Of a DNA stretch of 44,829 bases, positions 42,035 through 44,829 are shown in pieces. The stretch comes from Escherichia phage VB_EcoS-Golestan: the sequence record NC_042084.1; one strand, 5' to 3'. The stretch's first letter is position 1. Each line of letters starts with the position of its first letter. The notes beneath the pieces were generated by a model. The model was not told where the DNA came from and ran no database searches. It saw nothing but the letters and a program-made list of their open reading frames with translations. Both the position numbers and the translations under genes were made by a program.

Positions 42035-42099
42035 ACCTCCTGTTCCATCCCTCTGCTCTCCAGTTTTATCCCGGCCCTGACCCAGCCGGGATTTTTTTT
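42035..42099 (+). ncRNA. putative ~65-nt CU-rich small RNA with anti-SD sequence
   Basis: Orphan promoter plus GC hairpin and T8 terminator, with no start codon inside. The 5' region is ATCACCTCCT. Confidence 0.45.
42070..42099 (+). terminator. strong terminator CCCGGC-loop-GCCGGG + T8
   Basis: Read directly. It ends the putative small RNA. Confidence 0.75.
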
Positions 42100-42121
42100 A
42101 TCTATTTTCGGTAATGACTAG

Positions 42122-42150
42122 TTGACTATTACCCTCGACCCTATTATATT
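42122..42150 (+). promoter_or_regulatory. promoter TTGACT-N17-TATATT
   Basis: Followed by the leader TACTCCATCGACAACGAG, related to the class I leaders. Confidence 0.55.
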
Positions 42151-42183
42151 TACTCCATCGACAACGAGAACGGAGTAGAGAAG

Positions 42184-42432
42184 ATGAGTAACGTACTGAC
42201 AATCGCAATAACCGAGGAACTTGAAGCCAAATGTATCGCATGGACTATGGGTAATGACCCGGTTGCTATGCGTAAATTTCCAATGAAAATCACAGACATC
42301 GAAGCATTCAAAGATGCACAACTGATGGCACGCATCGCCGTTAGTAACCTGAGCAATAGCATCCCTGCGGACGCGTTCTGGTTCGCTGCAATGCAGACAC
42401 TTAAAGCAGCATATGCAGGAGAGAAGAAATGA
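42184..42432 (+). CDS. hypothetical protein (82 aa)
   Basis: First gene after the promoter at 42122, with SD GGAG upstream. Confidence 0.55.
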   Translation: MSNVLTIAITEELEAKCIAWTMGNDPVAMRKFPMKITDIEAFKDAQLMARIAVSNLSNSIPADAFWFAAMQTLKAAYAGEKK

Positions 42433-42626
42433 AAGTTAAAGCAGCTAAAATTCTCTGGTTACCCGCCCTTGACTATGTGACAGAGGGTAAAGTGTATGAC
42501 GTATACAACCCGAAAACTACTGGTTTTGGTTATATAGTTGCCGATGACGGCTGTGATATTTACATAGACTTTGGTAGCGATGAAGGTGATGGTTTCCACG
42601 GCGTTAAATGGGAGATTGTCGAATGA
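42429..42626 (+). CDS. hypothetical protein (65 aa)
   Basis: ATGA-coupled ORF. Confidence 0.5.
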   Translation: MKVKAAKILWLPALDYVTEGKVYDVYNPKTTGFGYIVADDGCDIYIDFGSDEGDGFHGVKWEIVE

Positions 42627-42784
42627 GCGAACAAACACCAATCAGCCAACCGTTACGAGTAGGCCGTAAAGTCAGTCACATCCCGTTCCCGACACGCGAA
42701 GAACTGATGAAACGTAACAGTTTCCCGGGGCCGGACAAGAACAAGTATCTCAACCGCATGTGGGGAGAGCGTAAAAATGACTGA
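42623..42784 (+). CDS. 53-aa hypothetical protein
   Basis: MSEQTPISQPLRVGRKVSHIPFPTREELMKRNSFPGPDKNKYLNRMWGERKND. ATGA-coupled and below the track cutoff. Confidence 0.4.
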   Translation: MSEQTPISQPLRVGRKVSHIPFPTREELMKRNSFPGPDKNKYLNRMWGERKND

Positions 42785-42962
42785 CCGTGAATATGAAAAG
42801 ATGATGGTAGAGGCCGTTAACGGCGGCGTAGACATTAGCCACGTGATGTGCGTCCTGAATAATAAAATCGCGGTAGCCGAGCAAATGGTGGAGTCGCTTT
42901 ACGAGACGCGCCGTGAACTGATTAACCGCTTCAACCTGAACAAAGGTGACACCAATGCCTAA
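42777..42962 (+). CDS. hypothetical protein (61 aa)
   Basis: ORF overlapping its neighbours by 8 nt. Confidence 0.5.
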   Translation: MTDREYEKMMVEAVNGGVDISHVMCVLNNKIAVAEQMVESLYETRRELINRFNLNKGDTNA

Positions 42963-43242
42963 AATCACAATCGCATCTCTCGAGCGCCGTATTCTGGTGC
43001 TTGAGTCGGAGAAACAGACGTTAGGCGGGCAACTGTCGATTAACGGTGAGTTTCAGCTGGAGGCGTTCCGTATACTCCTCGGCGTTATGAAGCAGGAACC
43101 CAGCGCATACGCGGGAGTGTTCCTTGACGAGGAAGGTTCGCAGACACTAAGTTACTACGCTACCGAAGAAGAATTAGCGTTCGACGGCCCCGCGGTATCT
43201 ATCCCGCTGTTCGATAACTGGATGGTGTACGACTATGACTAA
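42955..43242 (+). CDS. hypothetical protein (95 aa)
   Basis: The ATG at 42955 is preferred over the track start 42946. Confidence 0.5.
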   Translation: MPKITIASLERRILVLESEKQTLGGQLSINGEFQLEAFRILLGVMKQEPSAYAGVFLDEEGSQTLSYYATEEELAFDGPAVSIPLFDNWMVYDYD

Positions 43243-43420
43243 AGCGCCTGAACCAGTAGTTATCGATGGCGTCCTGTGGAAGCCATACTCGGTTTACCAC
43301 ATCGACGCCGACGGGAAGAAGTTTAGCTTCTACATTTTTGCAATTAGCCGTGAGCACGCCGCTTGTGTGGTTGACGATATTCGAGAAACGGCGTGGCTTG
43401 GTGATGAGATAGCGGGGTGA
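43235..43420 (+). CDS. hypothetical protein (61 aa)
   Basis: ORF overlapping the upstream gene by 8 nt. Confidence 0.5.
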   Translation: MTKAPEPVVIDGVLWKPYSVYHIDADGKKFSFYIFAISREHAACVVDDIRETAWLGDEIAG

Positions 43421-43424
43421 GAGT

Positions 43425-43508
43425 ATGAGTCTCGAGGTGGTTATCGGTCTGGTGGGTCTTAGTTACTTCATTGGGCTGTTGGTTGGGTTTCTGTGGGGTA
43501 AATACTAA
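43425..43508 (+). CDS. 27-aa membrane micro-protein
   Basis: MSLEVVIGLVGLSYFIGLLVGFLWGKY. Its TAA overlaps the next ATG. Confidence 0.3.
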   Translation: MSLEVVIGLVGLSYFIGLLVGFLWGKY

Positions 43509-43678
43509 TGTTCAGTGACATTAACGCGGCAATCGAAGAAGCAATCTGGCGTCGCTACAACGGCGAGCAACAACGGCATTTCTGCCTGGTGCAACGCGGT
43601 AACATGATTGCCGTAGTGCAGGACCGCGATAACAAATATCCGAATGCGATGTGGACAACGAGGAATTTTTTAGGATGA
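43508..43678 (+). CDS. 56-aa hypothetical protein
   Basis: MFSDINAAIEEAIWRRYNGEQQRHFCLVQRGNMIAVVQDRDNKYPNAMWTTRNFLG. Coupled at both ends and below the track cutoff. Confidence 0.4.
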   Translation: MFSDINAAIEEAIWRRYNGEQQRHFCLVQRGNMIAVVQDRDNKYPNAMWTTRNFLG

Positions 43679-43911
43679 TTACCAGCATTCCGAACCTGAT
43701 TAAAGAATTCGGCACGATGGCCGAGACATGCCGGCAAACCGGCATCAACGAAATGACGATTGCGAAGTACAGCAAAGACGTTGATTGCGAGCGCCACGTA
43801 ATTTATAACAATCGTCTGATGACACATGTTAAGACAAGCCCGGTGTTATTCACGCGCCGAGGTATCACTAAAACTGAGCAACGCATTGCTAAAGGGGAGA
43901 GTGGGGAATGA
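43675..43911 (+). CDS. HTH-like DNA-binding protein (78 aa)
   Basis: ETCRQTGINEMTIAKYSKD is a helix-turn-helix-like segment. ATG 43675 has an ATGA overlap. Confidence 0.45.
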   Translation: MITSIPNLIKEFGTMAETCRQTGINEMTIAKYSKDVDCERHVIYNNRLMTHVKTSPVLFTRRGITKTEQRIAKGESGE

Positions 43912-44090
43912 TTGAGATTTTGAGGGCTACGAATGTTGCTGGTGACCTGGTGTTTTGGCTGGCCTTTCTCGGTGTGCTGATAAAACAACCGACTCTGTTT
44001 AACAGTCTCCCTCGTTACCTGTGGTGGCCTATGTTTTTAGGCATGGGTGTATCAGGCGTGGCAGGCATCCTTTTGTGGTTTTTCAAATGA
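43908..44090 (+). CDS. membrane protein (two TMDs, 60 aa)
   Basis: LVFWLAFLGVLI and MFLGMGVSGVAGILLWFF. Confidence 0.5.
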   Translation: MIEILRATNVAGDLVFWLAFLGVLIKQPTLFNSLPRYLWWPMFLGMGVSGVAGILLWFFK

Positions 44091-44188
44091 GACTACTAAT
44101 CATCCCTAACGCCTGGGCCATTCCCGTAGCCAACGACCATTACGGCGGCGACGGTAAAAGAGCGCAACGACACGGCCTATACAACTGA
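44087..44188 (+). CDS. 33-aa micro-protein
   Basis: ATGA-coupled. It is the last ORF before the terminator at 44193. Confidence 0.3.
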   Translation: MRLLIIPNAWAIPVANDHYGGDGKRAQRHGLYN

Positions 44189-44192
44189 TACA

Positions 44193-44215
44193 AGCCCTCT
44201 ACGGAGGGCTTTTCT
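44193..44215 (+). terminator. terminator AGCCCTC-TACG-GAGGGCT + TTTCT
   Basis: Lies upstream of terS. Confidence 0.55.
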
Positions 44216-44309
44216 GTACATCCCGCCCAATCCCCTTATATAATCTATTTAGACGCGTAGGGCGCGTCTGGTGCGCTCTGATGGTCAGACGCATATGCAA
44301 GGGGATTCT

Positions 44310-44819
44310 ATGAAGCTGAAACTTAAGCAGCCATCGCCAGAGGTGGTGCAAGCTGCACATGAAGAAGCTGTTAGCGCAAACCGTCGCCGTAAACAACCGC
44401 GCGGTAAACAGAGCCTTTATCAATCATCCCGTAATTCCGCGGCGTTGTGGGACCCGGACTATTGCGACGAACTGATTCGTTTCTTCGACCGCACGTCATG
44501 GAAACTTGTGCCCACGTCCAAAGGTGACGAACGCCCGCTGATTCAGGATAAACCGCCATCACTGGCCCGCTTCGCCTTACACATCGGCGTCACTATCCCT
44601 ATTATTAAGCTTTGGCTGCGTGAGATTCCCGCATTTGCAGAAGCCTGGGAGACAGCACAGGCGCTGGAAGAGGCATACTTCACTGAAACGGGGGCCGCGG
44701 GCATCTCTGCTACGTTTGCTGCCGCGAAACTGGGCCTGAATAAAACAGTTGTCGCCGAAGAAGTACGCGACGAGCCAATCAGCGAAGTAACAATTAAGGT
44801 GGTGTCCGGTGAACGTTAA
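44310..44819 (+). CDS. terS: terminase small subunit
   Basis: 169 aa with an HTH-like segment PSLARFALHIGVTIPIIKLW. Its stop overlaps the GTG that opens the terL frame. The start is ATG 44310 (or 44295/44271). Confidence 0.75.
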   Translation: MKLKLKQPSPEVVQAAHEEAVSANRRRKQPRGKQSLYQSSRNSAALWDPDYCDELIRFFDRTSWKLVPTSKGDERPLIQDKPPSLARFALHIGVTIPIIKLWLREIPAFAEAWETAQALEEAYFTETGAAGISATFAAAKLGLNKTVVAEEVRDEPISEVTIKVVSGER

Positions 44820-44829
44820 TATCACGGCA

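Noticed and set aside
42032-42041. AGGAGGTGAT read on the minus strand as a perfect SD for a leftward gene
   Set aside because: No ATG, GTG or TTG lies at a suitable distance downstream on the minus strand, and no ORF follows. The plus-strand promoter and terminator give a better explanation.
1-44829. CRISPR arrays, tRNA genes, integrase/attP, reverse transcriptase or transposase
   Set aside because: None was recognised by eye on either strand. This is not an exhaustive computational scan; tRNAscan-SE and repeat finders would settle it.

Overview
The window reads as one complete, circularly permuted genome of a virulent tailed phage (siphovirus type) of an enterobacterial host. terS lies at the right end. 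The terL reading frame is open from nt 1 and is in frame with a GTG at 44809, so the two window ends join inside terL. From memory, the gene order and the tailspike N-terminus resemble T1-like or Jersey-like siphoviruses; no search was run.

Rightward genes:
- Two small-gene operons (37974-38952 and 39173-41902); the second ends in a holin / holin-like / endolysin cassette.
- A further small-gene operon (42184-44188).
- terS, terL, portal, MuF-like head protein and an Ig-like protein.
- After a break: overlapped spanins, scaffold, major capsid, Ig-like decoration protein, connector and neck proteins, and major tail protein.
- After a second break: tail chaperones with a -1 frameshift, tape measure, tip proteins and a beta-helix tailspike.

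Leftward genes:
- Four replication and nucleotide-metabolism operons (24254-37494). They encode an AlpA-like HTH protein, an AEP primase-helicase, a DUF2800-like nuclease, a DUF2815-like SSB, a family A DNA polymerase, VRR-NUC, a C5 cytosine methyltransferase, an SNF2 helicase and a Toprim protein.
- Two opposite-strand cassettes interrupt the structural genes: a lipoprotein with two micro-peptides (4347-4857), and Imm-like / HTH-phosphoesterase / HAD phosphatase / P-loop kinase (11679-14078).

No integrase, tRNA or CRISPR array was recognised.

Most notable observations:
1. A 265-codon alternative-frame ORF with protein-like motifs is nested in the methyltransferase gene, whose own frame turns low-complexity across the same stretch.
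2. Two paralogous promoter-plus-leader modules of about 200 nt share an identical 38-mer, and each ends in a hairpin.
3. An orphan promoter-terminator pair would give a CU-rich RNA of about 65 nt carrying the 16S anti-Shine-Dalgarno sequence.
4. A 14-bp palindrome, AATAG-N4-CTATT, sits in at least eight intergenic or promoter regions.

All family names come from motif recognition and memory, not from searches.
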